From Verrucomicrobiota bacterium (GTDB lineage Bacteria; Verrucomicrobiota; Verrucomicrobiia; Chthoniobacterales; UBA10450), in NCBI GenBank assembly GCA_003220005.1, contig QHRD01000002.1, forward strand, positions 647 to 64,646: a stretch of DNA of 64,000 nucleotides. Reading direction: 5' to 3'. The translations under genes and the position numbers were made by a program. Shown here one piece after another: positions 28,583 to 38,750 of this stretch. Numbering within the stretch: position 1 is the stretch's first letter; each line of letters starts with the position of its first letter. The notes under the pieces are model-generated. The model had not been told where the DNA came from and made no database searches. It saw only the letters and a program-made list of their open reading frames with translations.

Positions 28583-29977
28583 ATGACGCATCTCTCTTCA
28601 ACTGCGATTAAAGACGCATTGCAAAGTGCCGCGCCAATCGACGCGATGCGTGTGCAGGGCTGGGTGAGAACGCGTCGCGATTCGAAAGATTTCTCATTCA
28701 TCGAGCTGAACGACGGCTCGTCGTTGCGCAATCTTCAGATCATCGCGCGAAACACGCTATCGAATTACGCCGACATTCAACGGCTTACAACTGGCGCTTC
28801 GATTGCAGTGAGCGGCACCATGGTTGCTTCGCAGGGTAAAGGACAAAAATGGGAACTGATCGCAGACAACATCGAGGTCATCGGAACTGCCGAAGATTCC
28901 TACCCTCTTCAGAAAAAGGGACACACGCCTGAATTTCTCCGTGAAATCGCTCATCTCCGGCCTCGCTCAAATCTATTCGGCAGCGTTTTTCGTGTGCGCA
29001 GCCGGCTTGCGTTTGCCGTGCACCAGTTCTTTCAGGAGCGCGGTTTCGTTTATGTCCACACGCCCATCATCACTGGAAGCGATTGCGAGGGGGCCGGGGA
29101 ATTGTTTCGTGTTACAACTCTCAACACCGCGGACATGCCGCGTAACACGAGCGGGGAGGTCGATTTCAGGAAAGACTTTTTCGCTCGGCCGACTTACTTG
29201 ACCGTGAGCGGACAGCTCGAAGCGGAAGCTCTCGCGCTGGCACTGTCGAAAGTTTACACCTTCGGTCCGACGTTTCGGGCGGAGAACTCAAACACGTCCC
29301 GCCACGCAAGTGAATTTTGGATGATCGAGCCTGAGATGGCGTTTTGTAATTTGAACAGCAACATGGACCTCGCGGAAGAGTTTGTGAAATATCTGATTGC
29401 AGACGCGAGAAAGCATTGCCCTGATGAGATGGAACTTTTTGCAAAATTCGTGGACAAGGAATTGCTCGCGCGACTTGATTTCGTTGTTGACCGTCCGTTC
29501 CAACGAATCACCTACACTGGTGCTGTCGATCTTCTGAAGAAAAGCGGTGAAAAATTCGAGTTTCCCATCGACTACGGGTTAAACCTGCAATCTGAGCACG
29601 AGCGTTGGTTGACCGAAAAACATTTCAAATGTCCGGTCACAGTTTTCAATTTTCCGAAGGAGATCAAGCCCTTCTATATGCGCGTGAACGACGACGGGAA
29701 AACGGTGGCGGCAATGGATTTGCTCGTGCCGGGCATCGGTGAAATCATCGGCGGCAGCCAGCGAGAAGAGCGACTTGAAATGCTGGAAGAAAATATGCGT
29801 CGGCATAAAATGGATCCTGCCGATTACAAATGGTATCTCGATCTTCGTCGTTATGGCACCGCGTCGCACTCCGGATTCGGTCTCGGTTTCGAGCGAATGC
29901 TCAAGTTTATCACCGGTGTCGCGAACATTCGCGACGTAATCCCGTTCGCGCGCACGCCCGGCAGCGCAGAGTTCTGA
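28583..29977 (+). CDS. asnS: asparagine--tRNA ligase
   Basis: It reads VQGWVRTRRDSKDFSFIELNDGS..FRAENSNTSRHASEFWMIEPE..GFGLGFERM. I chose the ATG at 28583 because the upstream part of the ORF crosses a repeat fragment. Confidence 0.95.
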   Translation: MTHLSSTAIKDALQSAAPIDAMRVQGWVRTRRDSKDFSFIELNDGSSLRNLQIIARNTLSNYADIQRLTTGASIAVSGTMVASQGKGQKWELIADNIEVIGTAEDSYPLQKKGHTPEFLREIAHLRPRSNLFGSVFRVRSRLAFAVHQFFQERGFVYVHTPIITGSDCEGAGELFRVTTLNTADMPRNTSGEVDFRKDFFARPTYLTVSGQLEAEALALALSKVYTFGPTFRAENSNTSRHASEFWMIEPEMAFCNLNSNMDLAEEFVKYLIADARKHCPDEMELFAKFVDKELLARLDFVVDRPFQRITYTGAVDLLKKSGEKFEFPIDYGLNLQSEHERWLTEKHFKCPVTVFNFPKEIKPFYMRVNDDGKTVAAMDLLVPGIGEIIGGSQREERLEMLEENMRRHKMDPADYKWYLDLRRYGTASHSGFGLGFERMLKFITGVANIRDVIPFARTPGSAEF

Positions 29978-29981
29978 TCTT

Positions 29982-30055
29982 TGTCATTCTGAGCGAAGTC
30001 GCCTGCCGCGCCGTAGCCTTGTGCGAAGGCTGGGAGGAATTTCTGATCGCTCGGT
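29982..30055. repeat. degenerate MITE-like element copy
   Basis: The left end is tgtcattctgagcgaagtcg and the internal sequence is ccgccgtagccttgtgcgaaggctgg. The right end is degraded (ggaggaatttctgatcgctcgg). Confidence 0.5.
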
Positions 30056-30067
30056 TGATTCCAGAAG

Positions 30068-30406
30068 TTACCGCTGCGCGTCTCTTATTCTCGTGAACTC
30101 GAGCTTCGGGGTACCGCCGGGCTCTCGCAATGTCATGTGGTCGCCGGAGATTTCCAGTTGATAAACTGAAGTCGCGAACGGCGTCTCAATTTTAATCCGG
30201 TCCTGGTCACCGAATTTATACTTCCCGGTTACGTCTCCCACGAGAACGGCGCCATTCGATTTGAATTCCCAAACTGTTGCTTCGGAGCCCGACATTCGCC
30301 ATTTGCCGACGATGCTGGAGGTCCCGCAGCCAGCTATAAGGCACAGTAATGCCGCCGAAATGATGACCCTTAAGCTGTACTTCGTTTGATAAAACCGGAT
30401 TCGCAT
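30068..30406 (-). CDS. small lipoprotein, function unknown
   Basis: It has the lipobox LCLIAGC after a hydrophobic signal and is 112 aa. Confidence 0.6.
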   Translation of the reverse strand: MRIRFYQTKYSLRVIISAALLCLIAGCGTSSIVGKWRMSGSEATVWEFKSNGAVLVGDVTGKYKFGDQDRIKIETPFATSVYQLEISGDHMTLREPGGTPKLEFTRIRDAQR

Positions 30407-30465
30407 GGAACTCCGGCTCGATTTTGCTCGAAGGGATTACTGCGGGCGAGAAAAAATTCGAAAGC

Positions 30466-32195
30466 CTATTTCTTCTTTGGTTCGCGCCTGGTCTCTTTCG
30501 CCGGCTCTTTGGCAGCACGCTTCGAATCGCTGGGGCGGTACTCTTCCTGTTCGGCGGCGGCGAAAGCTTTTTCCAAACCGACCATGTCCTCGCCCGGACG
30601 CAGCGTGTCGAAGGACTCCACTTCTTTGCGCAGTTGCTCTTCAGAATAGTTTGCAGCTTTGATCGACAACCCGATGCGACGCTCGATCTTGTCCACTTTG
30701 ATCACGCGCGCTTCCACTTCCTGGCCGACCTTCAGCACGTCTTTCACTTTCGCGACGTGATCTTCGCTCAATTGGGAGATGTGCACGAGCCCGTCGATAT
30801 CGTCCTGTAGTTGCACGAATGCGCCGAAGCTGGCGAGCTTCGTCACCTTGCCCTTCACGAGATCGCCGATCTTGTATTTGTCGTCGATGGTCTTCCACGG
30901 ATCTTCGGTGAGCTGTTTGATCCCGAGACTGATCCGTTGGTTTACTTTGTCGATGTCGATAACGACTGCCTCGATTTCGTCGCCCTTCTTAAACATTTCA
31001 CTGGGATGATTAATCTTTCGTGTCCAGCTCAAATCGGACACGTGAATCATGCCGTCGATGCCTTCCTCTAGTTCCACGAACGCGCCGTAAGCGGTCATGT
31101 TGCGAATCTTGCCTTTCACCGTGCTGCCGATGGTGAACTTCTTCTCGATTTCATCCCATGGATTCGGCTCGAGCTGGCGCAGGCCCAGTGAAATTTTCTG
31201 TTCTTCTTTATTCACGCCGAGCACGACGGCTTCCACTTCCTGACCAACGCTGAGAATATCAGAAGGGCGCATGATCCGTTTTGTCCACGAAAGTTCGGAG
31301 ACGTGAATGAGGCCTTCTACACCTTCCTCGATCTCAACAAACGCGCCGTAGGGAACAAGATTGGTAATCCTGCCTCTAATGCGCTGACCGGCCGGAAAAC
31401 GCTCCTCGATTTGGTCCCACGGATTTTTCTGGGTTTGCTTCAGTCCCAAAGAGACGCGCTCTTTTTCCTTGTTGATGTCCAGCACGACGACTTCCAACTG
31501 CTGCCCGACCTTCAATAACTCGTTGGGGTGTCCCAGTCGGCCCCATGTCATATCGGTGACGTGTAGCAAACCATCCATGCCGTCGAGATCGATGAATGCG
31601 CCGAAGTCGGTGATGTTTTTCACGGTGCCAGTTACGCGATCGCCCACGTTCACGCCTTCCATGAATTTTTGGCGTTTTTCGCTGCGCTCCTGCTCGATTA
31701 CCTCGCGCCGGCTGAGCACGACGTTTTTGCGGTCGTCGTTGAGCTTAACGATTTTGAAATCGTAGGTGTTGCCAACGAATTGCTGCAGATCCTTTGGCGG
31801 AACGACGTCAATCTGCGACGCCGGCAAAAACGCTTCGACGCCGATGTTCACCATGAGGCCCCCTTGACCACCGATTTCACCTTGCCCTTGATCAGGCCAT
31901 CACCTTGGAAAACACTGACGATTTTGTTCCAGTTTTGGCGGTAGGCGGCTTTCTCCTTCGAAAGAACGACCATGCCTTCTTCATTCTCCAGCCGCTCCAG
32001 GAGCACCTCCACCTCGTCGCCGACTTCCAGCGAATCGGCTTGTTCAAATTCAGTCAACGGAATGACGCCTTCGGATTTGTATCCCACATCGACGAGAACT
32101 TCGCGCGGGCGAATTTCCAAAATCCGTCCCTTGACGATGCTTCCTTCGCGGAAGTCCGGCATCGCCTTCGACATCACGTCCTGCATTTGAATCAT
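30466..32195 (-). CDS. rpsA: 30S ribosomal protein S1, interrupted by an apparent 1-nt frameshift at 31859-31863
   Basis: ORF 31848..32195 (S1 domain 1, ends ..KVKSVVKGASW*) and ORF 30466..31854 (MVNIGVEAFLPASQID.. plus four or five more S1 domains) are consecutive parts of one S1 protein in different frames. Confidence 0.9.
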
Positions 32196-32421
32196 AAATA
32201 ATAAGCCTCCCTTCCCGAAAGTTTCGGGATAGCCCCGAAATTCTTCGGGGAAGATTCCCGCGTTAGCTGCTATCGCGGAAGCAAAATGTCATAGTAGGCG
32301 TTTTGTGCAGAAGGTCAACTGACGCTACGTAGCGGTTGTCGCTTGGCTTGGAATGACCACATTGAAGGTTGGCCGTTCGGCATTGAGCGTTCCGTGTTTC
32401 GCCCTTATGCTTTAGGACGAT

Positions 32422-32931
32422 ATGTCCATTCTACGACTGGCAATCTCGCTAGCGTTTCTGGCAGTTGCCTCATTCGGTGCCGAATCTCCTGCTGAACAAA
32501 AAGTCCTCGACGCGATCAAAACGCCAGATCTCACGGTCGTGCATCTCTGGGCGCCGTGGTGCTCGAACTGCCAGGCTGAACTCAAAAGCGGCGGCTGGGC
32601 GAAAATCATTAACGAAAATCCGAAGATAAAATTTTGTTTTGTCTCCGTCTGGAACGATGGGCAGGACGGACGCGCGATGCTGAAGAAATTCGCCATCGCC
32701 GATCAACCAAACATGACAATTCTTGCTGACCCCGGCCCGCGTCGTGGCGAAAACAAGATCAAACAATTCGCCGGTTTGCCGCTCTCGTGGATACCGACGA
32801 CTTGGATTTACAAAGGCGGCGAGCTTCGTTACGCATTAAACTACGGCGAAATCCGTTTTCCTATGCTCCAGCAATTTCTCGCGGACAGCGAGTCGGAGTG
32901 GTCGCACAAGGGCGAACCCTCTATCGAGTAG
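32422..32931 (+). CDS. secreted thioredoxin-fold thiol-disulfide oxidoreductase (TlpA/ResA-like)
   Basis: It has a signal peptide and the WAPWCSNCQ CxxC motif. Confidence 0.8.
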   Translation: MSILRLAISLAFLAVASFGAESPAEQKVLDAIKTPDLTVVHLWAPWCSNCQAELKSGGWAKIINENPKIKFCFVSVWNDGQDGRAMLKKFAIADQPNMTILADPGPRRGENKIKQFAGLPLSWIPTTWIYKGGELRYALNYGEIRFPMLQQFLADSESEWSHKGEPSIE

Positions 32932-32938
32932 GCTTTGA

Positions 32939-34381
32939 ATGAGTCACACTTCTGAAGCGCCATCGATTGCGCAGAATAAGCCGCCAGCCATTCTGTCGCT
33001 TATTGGCGATACGCCGCTCGTGGAGGTGACACAGTTCGACACCGGCCCGTGTCAGCTTTTTCTCAAGCTTGAAAATCAAAATCCTGGCGGCTCGATCAAG
33101 GACCGCATCGCGCTTTCGATGATCGAAGCGGCGGAAGAGGAGGGGAAATTGCAACCCGGAGGCACAGTCGTCGAGGCCACGGCGGGCAATACTGGCCTGG
33201 GTCTGGCACTCGTTGCCGGTGCCAAGGGTTATCGCGTCTTGCTGGTGATTCCCGATAAGATGTCGCAGGAAAAAATCTCCCATGTAAAAGCGCTCGGAGC
33301 CGAAGTGCGCATCACGCGATCTGACGTGACTCGCGGTCATCCGGAATATTACCAGGACGTGGCCGCGCGACTCGCCGAAGAAATTCCAGGCGCCTTTTAC
33401 GTGAATCAGTTTGGTAATCCGGCGAACCCGCTGGCGCACGAGCGCACAACCGGCCCGGAGATTTGGGAACAAATGAGGCACGATGTCGATGCCGTCGTCG
33501 TTGGCGTTGGTTCGGGCGGCACGCTCTCGGGTCTTGGGCACTTCTTCAATCGTGTAAAGCCGCGCCGCGGAATCGAAATGATCTTGGCCGACCCCACCGG
33601 CTCCGTGTTGTACGAATACGTGAAGACCGGCAAGCTGGTCGAATCGGGAAGCTGGGCAGTGGAAGGCATCGGCGAAGATTTCATTCCGGAAATCGCCGAC
33701 ATGTCATTAGTTACCGATGCCTTTGAGATCGACGACGAAGAAAGTTTCGCGACCGCACGTGACCTTTTGCACAAAGAAGGAATCTTCGGCGGCTCATCCA
33801 CTGGCACGCTTGTCGCCGGCGCCCTACGATATTGCCGGCAGCAAACAAAACCGAAACGCGTGGTCACTCTCGTTCCCGACACCGGCAATAAATATCTCTC
33901 AAAAATGTACAACGATTTCTGGATGGCCGAGCAGGGATTCATCCATCGTCCGCCACACGGCGATCTGAGCGATTTAATTTCGCACCGGTACGAAGCAGGC
34001 GAAGTAATCACGGTCGGGCCGGACGATTCGCTGCTGACAGCGTTCAAGCGAATGCGCGGCTCGGACGTTTCGCAGCTTCCGGTCGTCGATAAAAATGGGC
34101 GCGCCGTCGGCATCATCGACGAATCTGATATTCTGGTCAGGGTGCACCGCGCCCCGTCGCACTTCAACGATCCGGTAGAAAAAGCGATGACGGACCGCTT
34201 GGAAACGCTGCCGCCAAACGCGAAAATTAAGGACTTGCTGGATGTGTTTGATCGCGGTCGGGTCGCCATTGTTATGGATGACAATAAATTCCTGGGACTG
34301 ATTACGCGCACCGATTTGCTTTCCTATCTGCGTCTTCACATGCCCAAATCGGCCACCCCGCCGGAACGCGAATTTGTCTAG
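32939..34381 (+). CDS. cystathionine beta-synthase-like PLP enzyme with C-terminal CBS-domain pair
   Basis: It reads KLENQNPGGSIKDR..ATAGNTGLGLA..GVGSGGT. The C-terminal CBS pair reads VSQLPVVDKNGRAVGIIDESDIL and GLITRTDLL. Confidence 0.85.
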   Translation: MSHTSEAPSIAQNKPPAILSLIGDTPLVEVTQFDTGPCQLFLKLENQNPGGSIKDRIALSMIEAAEEEGKLQPGGTVVEATAGNTGLGLALVAGAKGYRVLLVIPDKMSQEKISHVKALGAEVRITRSDVTRGHPEYYQDVAARLAEEIPGAFYVNQFGNPANPLAHERTTGPEIWEQMRHDVDAVVVGVGSGGTLSGLGHFFNRVKPRRGIEMILADPTGSVLYEYVKTGKLVESGSWAVEGIGEDFIPEIADMSLVTDAFEIDDEESFATARDLLHKEGIFGGSSTGTLVAGALRYCRQQTKPKRVVTLVPDTGNKYLSKMYNDFWMAEQGFIHRPPHGDLSDLISHRYEAGEVITVGPDDSLLTAFKRMRGSDVSQLPVVDKNGRAVGIIDESDILVRVHRAPSHFNDPVEKAMTDRLETLPPNAKIKDLLDVFDRGRVAIVMDDNKFLGLITRTDLLSYLRLHMPKSATPPEREFV

Positions 34382-34392
34382 CGCATCCGAAA

Positions 34393-35553
34393 ATGAAAAA
34401 AGAACAAGGCTTTGCAACGCGCGCCATTCACGCCGGCCAGCAGCCGGATCCTACGACTGGCGCGGTCATGACGCCGATCTACGCCACCTCAACATACGTG
34501 CAGGAAAGCCCGGGAAAACATAAAGGCTACGATTACGCACGCTCAATCAATCCAACGCGGCTTGCCTACGAGAGGTGCATTGCGGATTTGGAAGGCGGGA
34601 CGCGCGGGTTCGCCTTTGCATCCGGCCTGGCGGCGATGGCGACGGTGCTCGAGCTGCTCGACAGCGGCTCGCATGTCATCGCCAGTGACGATCTTTACGG
34701 CGGCACCTTTCGATTGTTCGACCGCGTTCGGCGACGCTCTGCGAATCTTGATTTTACCTACGTCGATCTGACCAACGCGAAAGATCTGGAGCGCGCAATC
34801 AAACCAAACACGCGGATGGTCTGGATCGAAACGCCGAGCAATCCGCTGCTGAAGCTGATCGACCTCGAGGCGATTGCGAAAATTACGTGCAAGCGAAAGA
34901 TCATTTCGGTGTCTGACAACACCTTTGCCACTCCGTGGACCCAGCGCCCAATCGAGACTGGCTTCGACATCGTCGTGCATTCCGCGACGAAATATTTGAA
35001 CGGGCATTCCGATCTCGTGGGTGGCGTTGTTGTTGTCGGCAAAAACACGGAACTCGCTGATCAGATTGCATTCTTGCAAAATTCGGTCGGTGCAATCGCC
35101 GGCGCGTTCGACAGTTTTCTTGTTTTACGAAGTTTGAAAACGCTGGCGCTCCGCATGGAGCGTCATTGCGCCAACGCGCTGGAGATTGCGCGCTGGCTCG
35201 AGGAGCAGAACAAGATCAAATCAGTCCACTATCCTGGCCTCAAATCGCATCCGCAACACGATCTGGCCCGACAGCAGATGCGCTGTTTCGGCGGCATGGT
35301 CACGATCGTTTTGAGAACGGACCTGGCGGGAACGCGGCGCTTTCTCGAGAACACGCATCTGTTTGCGCTGGCGGAAAGCCTCGGCGGCGTGGAAAGCCTC
35401 ATCAATCATCCCGCGCTCATGACCCATGCCTCCGTGCCAGCGGAACAACGGGAAAAACTGGGCGTCACCAATTCACTCGTCAGGCTATCGGTTGGTGTCG
35501 AAGACGTTCGTGATTTAATTGATGATCTAAAAGACGCGCTCGAAGCGATTTAA
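34393..35553 (+). CDS. cystathionine gamma-lyase/gamma-synthase family PLP enzyme
   Basis: It reads YARSINPTR..VVHSATKYLNGHSD..ESLGGVESL. Confidence 0.85.
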   Translation: MKKEQGFATRAIHAGQQPDPTTGAVMTPIYATSTYVQESPGKHKGYDYARSINPTRLAYERCIADLEGGTRGFAFASGLAAMATVLELLDSGSHVIASDDLYGGTFRLFDRVRRRSANLDFTYVDLTNAKDLERAIKPNTRMVWIETPSNPLLKLIDLEAIAKITCKRKIISVSDNTFATPWTQRPIETGFDIVVHSATKYLNGHSDLVGGVVVVGKNTELADQIAFLQNSVGAIAGAFDSFLVLRSLKTLALRMERHCANALEIARWLEEQNKIKSVHYPGLKSHPQHDLARQQMRCFGGMVTIVLRTDLAGTRRFLENTHLFALAESLGGVESLINHPALMTHASVPAEQREKLGVTNSLVRLSVGVEDVRDLIDDLKDALEAI

Positions 35554-35554
35554 A

Positions 35555-35601
35555 TTGTAGGGCGGCTGTGTCAGCCTGCGTTTGGCACAAACGCCCTACA
35601 A
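35555..35601 (+). terminator. long GC-rich hairpin immediately after the CGL stop (terminator-like or REP-like)
   Basis: The ends ttgtagggcg...cgccctacaa form a 10-bp closing stem with partially paired interior. No clear T tract follows. Confidence 0.4.
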
Positions 35602-35635
35602 ATCTGGCGGTATCTCGTTTACTTTCCGACTCACA

Positions 35636-36718
35636 ATGTCCAACACATTTGGTCAGCTCTTTCGCATCACTACTTTTGGCGAATCGCATGGCGGCAGTAT
35701 CGGTGTGGTGATCGACGGATGTCCCCCGCGGATTAACATTTCCGAAACGGACATTCAACGCGAGTTGGATCGCCGTCGTCCGGGTCAAAGCAAACTCACA
35801 ACACAGCGGAAAGAGGAAGACCGGTGCGAGATTCTCTCCGGCGTTTTTGAAGGGAAGACGCTCGGCACGCCTCTCACAATGGTGGTGCGCAACAAAGACG
35901 CTCGATCCGAAGATTACAGTGAGATCGCCGGCAAGTTCCGGCCCTCACACGCCGATTACACTTACGAAACTAAGTATGGAATCCGGAACTGGCAGGGCGG
36001 TGGCCGTGCATCTGCGCGTGAGACGATCGGTCGCGTTGCGGCTGGCGCGATTGCAAAAAAAGTATTGTCAGGTTTGTACGCAGACTTCGAGATCGTCGCC
36101 TACGCAGCGCAAGTTCACGACGTCATTGCAAGGGTTGATCGCGCTGCCGTGAAAATGAAAGATGTAGAAAAAAATATTGTTCGCTGTCCGGACGCCGTCG
36201 CCGCAAAAAAGATGAAATCGCTGATCGAGCGAGTTCGCGATGAGGGCGACTCGGTCGGAGGAGTGATCGAGTGCGTGGCGCGTGGGATTGCGCCCGGGCT
36301 CGGCGAGCCTGTCTTCGACAAGCTCGAAGCCGACCTGGCAAAAGCGATGCTGAGCATACCGGCGACCAAGGGTTTCGAGATCGGCTCGGGGTTTGCAGCG
36401 ACGCGAATGCGCGGCTCGAAGCATAATGACGCATTCGAAATGCGTGGCGGGAAAATCCGGACAATCACAAACAACTCCGGCGGTGTGCAAGGCGGGATCA
36501 GCAACGGCGAAGAGATTTATTTTCGCGTGGCGTTTAAGCCGCCCGCGACAATCGCGCTTCAACAAAAAACTGTCACCACTTCTAAGCAGGAAAGCGAGCT
36601 CGCGGCGCGCGGACGCCATGATCCGTGCGTTCTTCCCCGAGCGGTGCCCATCGTGGAAGCGATGGCAGCTATCGTGCTTTGCGATCACGCGCTTCGGCAA
36701 AGGGCGATTCGAGGGTGA
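35636..36718 (+). CDS. aroC: chorismate synthase
   Basis: It reads [41 protein letters not shown]. Confidence 0.95.
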   Translation: MSNTFGQLFRITTFGESHGGSIGVVIDGCPPRINISETDIQRELDRRRPGQSKLTTQRKEEDRCEILSGVFEGKTLGTPLTMVVRNKDARSEDYSEIAGKFRPSHADYTYETKYGIRNWQGGGRASARETIGRVAAGAIAKKVLSGLYADFEIVAYAAQVHDVIARVDRAAVKMKDVEKNIVRCPDAVAAKKMKSLIERVRDEGDSVGGVIECVARGIAPGLGEPVFDKLEADLAKAMLSIPATKGFEIGSGFAATRMRGSKHNDAFEMRGGKIRTITNNSGGVQGGISNGEEIYFRVAFKPPATIALQQKTVTTSKQESELAARGRHDPCVLPRAVPIVEAMAAIVLCDHALRQRAIRG

Positions 36719-36748
36719 TTGCAAATTTCAGATTTCAGATTGCAGATT

Positions 36749-37119
36749 GTGAGCTGTGACACTGACGAATTAAAGCTGCGGACGAAGCAGTTCGCATTGC
36801 GAGTTATCAGGCTCGTGGCCGTATTGCCAAAAACAATGAGGGACGAGCAATTGCCAACCAGCTCGTTCGCTGCGGCACGTCGCTCGCTGCAAATTATCGC
36901 GCCGCTTGTCGCGCTCGCTCTCGAAGTGAATTTGTTGCCAAAATGGGCGTGGTTCTTGAAGAGGCAGATGAAACTCAGCTGTGGCTCGAATTGATCATCG
37001 AATTAAAATTGCTTCCAATAAAACGAGTTGAACCCTTGCTTGGAGAAGCGACCGAATTAGTCGCGATCTTTGTAGCCTCGCGTAAGTCGGCATCTTCAAA
37101 TTTGAGATCTACAATTTGA
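36749..37119 (+). pseudogene. four-helix-bundle protein (23S rRNA intervening-sequence protein family), frameshifted
   Basis: Frame 1 gives ELKLRTKQFALRVIRLVAVLPK. After the A5 run at 36829-36833 the homologous reading continues in another frame: NNEGRAIANQLVRCGTSLAANYRAACRARSRSEFVAKMGVVLEEADETQLWLELI..VAIFVASRKS. Confidence 0.8.
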
Positions 37120-38582
37120 AATCTGCAATTTCATACGTCGCTACAATCGGCCTGGAAGTTCATGTTCAGCTTAAAACGCGCTCGAAAATATTTTGCGAGT
37201 GCCCGATGACTTTTGGTGCCGAGCCAAATACCCATACTTGTCCAATCTGCCTGGGTCTGCCTGGCGCATTGCCGGCGATCAATCATGAGGCGCTGCGCTT
37301 GACAGTTCTCACTGGGCTGATGCTGGGATGCGATATCGCGCCAATCTCTAAATTCGATCGCAAAAACTATTTCTATCCGGACATGCCGAAGAATTATCAG
37401 ATTTCGCAATACGATATGCCGCTTTGCACGAATGGCAGCGTGCCACTGCACGATCTGGCTTATCCGAAAGATGCGCAGAAAAAGATCGCAACCCCAGACA
37501 AGGAAGTGCATCTCGTCCGTATTCATCTCGAGGAGGACGTTGCGAAAAGTTTTCATTTCGAAAACAGTACGGGGATTGATTTCAATCGCGCTGGTACGCC
37601 GTTGATGGAGATCGTGACGCAACCAGAACTCAACTTGCCTGAAGAAGCATTCGCGTTTCTAACGGCGCTGAAGCAAATCCTGATGTATGGCGGCGTCAGC
37701 GATGCCGATATGGAAAAAGGGCAGTTGCGTTGCGACTGCAATGTTTCCGTACGATCTGAGTTGCAAACGGAATTCGGCGCGAAGATTGAGATCAAAAATC
37801 TGAACTCGATCAGCGGCGTGCGGCGCGCCCTTGCTTATGAGATCCAACGTCAAATCAGTGTCCTTCAGGGCGGTGAGCAACTTGAGCAGGAGACGCGCGG
37901 CTGGGACGATGCGGCTGGCGAAACCTTTCTCATGCGCACAAAAGAGTTCGCACACGATTACCGGTATTTCCCAGATCCAGATCTGGTGCCCGTGAAAACT
38001 GACGTTCTAGTGGCCGATGTGCGGGATCGCGTGCCCGAATTACCAAAAGCAAAACGCGTTCGCTTCGTCGAGAAATATCAAGTCAGCCCTTACGACGCCG
38101 GCGTGCTGGCGAGCGATCTGGAGCTGGCAAAATATTTTGAGAAGGCTGCCAAAGGCGCAAAGAAGCCGAAAAATATCGCAAACTGGATCCTAAACGATTT
38201 GCAGAACGCGCTGGGCGCTACTGGAAAAACCGTCCAAGATTGCCCAATTCCACCAGAGGCGTTTGATGAATTGGTCAATCTGATCGAGGTCGGAAAAATC
38301 AGCGGCAAACAGGGCAAGGAAGTTTTCGCGGAAATGTTCGCAACCGGAAGGAGCGCAGCCGCGATTGTGAAGGAGAAAGGGATCGAGCAACTGAGCGACG
38401 TTGGCGCGATCGAAGCGTTCTGCGACGAAGTGATTGCGGCAAATCCCAAGCCCGTGGCAGACTACAAAGCCGGTAACATGTCTTCGCTGAATTTTCTCAA
38501 AGGACAGGTGATCAAACGTTCGAAAGGGAAAGCAAATCCGCAGATCGTCGGCGAAATATTGGAGCGGAAACTTAAGAGCTGA
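37116..38582 (+). CDS. gatB: Asp-tRNA(Asn)/Glu-tRNA(Gln) amidotransferase subunit B
   Basis: It reads IGLEVHVQLKTRSKIFC..CPICLGLPGALP..NLNS. The only in-frame start near the conserved N-terminus is the TTG at 37116, inside the right word-repeat arm. Confidence 0.95.
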   Translation: MKSAISYVATIGLEVHVQLKTRSKIFCECPMTFGAEPNTHTCPICLGLPGALPAINHEALRLTVLTGLMLGCDIAPISKFDRKNYFYPDMPKNYQISQYDMPLCTNGSVPLHDLAYPKDAQKKIATPDKEVHLVRIHLEEDVAKSFHFENSTGIDFNRAGTPLMEIVTQPELNLPEEAFAFLTALKQILMYGGVSDADMEKGQLRCDCNVSVRSELQTEFGAKIEIKNLNSISGVRRALAYEIQRQISVLQGGEQLEQETRGWDDAAGETFLMRTKEFAHDYRYFPDPDLVPVKTDVLVADVRDRVPELPKAKRVRFVEKYQVSPYDAGVLASDLELAKYFEKAAKGAKKPKNIANWILNDLQNALGATGKTVQDCPIPPEAFDELVNLIEVGKISGKQGKEVFAEMFATGRSAAAIVKEKGIEQLSDVGAIEAFCDEVIAANPKPVADYKAGNMSSLNFLKGQVIKRSKGKANPQIVGEILERKLKS

Positions 38583-38630
38583 AGAAAACTTCGAACGCCC
38601 AACACCCAACATCGAGCTCAGAAGCTACCT

Positions 38631-38722
38631 TGTCATGTCGAGCGAAGTCTCCCGCTATGGCGGGATTTATTGTTGAATGTCGAGAGATTCCTCGACTTCG
38701 CTTCACTTCGCTCGGAATGACA
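38631..38722. repeat. MITE-like palindromic element, full copy
   Basis: The terminal inverted repeats are tgtcatgtcgagcgaagt / acttcgctcggaatgaca. An internal hairpin is cccgctatggcggg. Confidence 0.7.
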
Positions 38723-38750
38723 AAAACGGGCAGGCGATAAAATTGTAGCT

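Noticed and set aside
32422-35553. The thioredoxin-like/CBS/CGL block as part of a sulfur-supply module for the sulfotransferase operon.
   Set aside because: The genes encode ordinary reverse transsulfuration (Met to Cys) and a periplasmic redoxin. They lie 22 kb away on the other strand, and no PAPS-synthesis gene links them.
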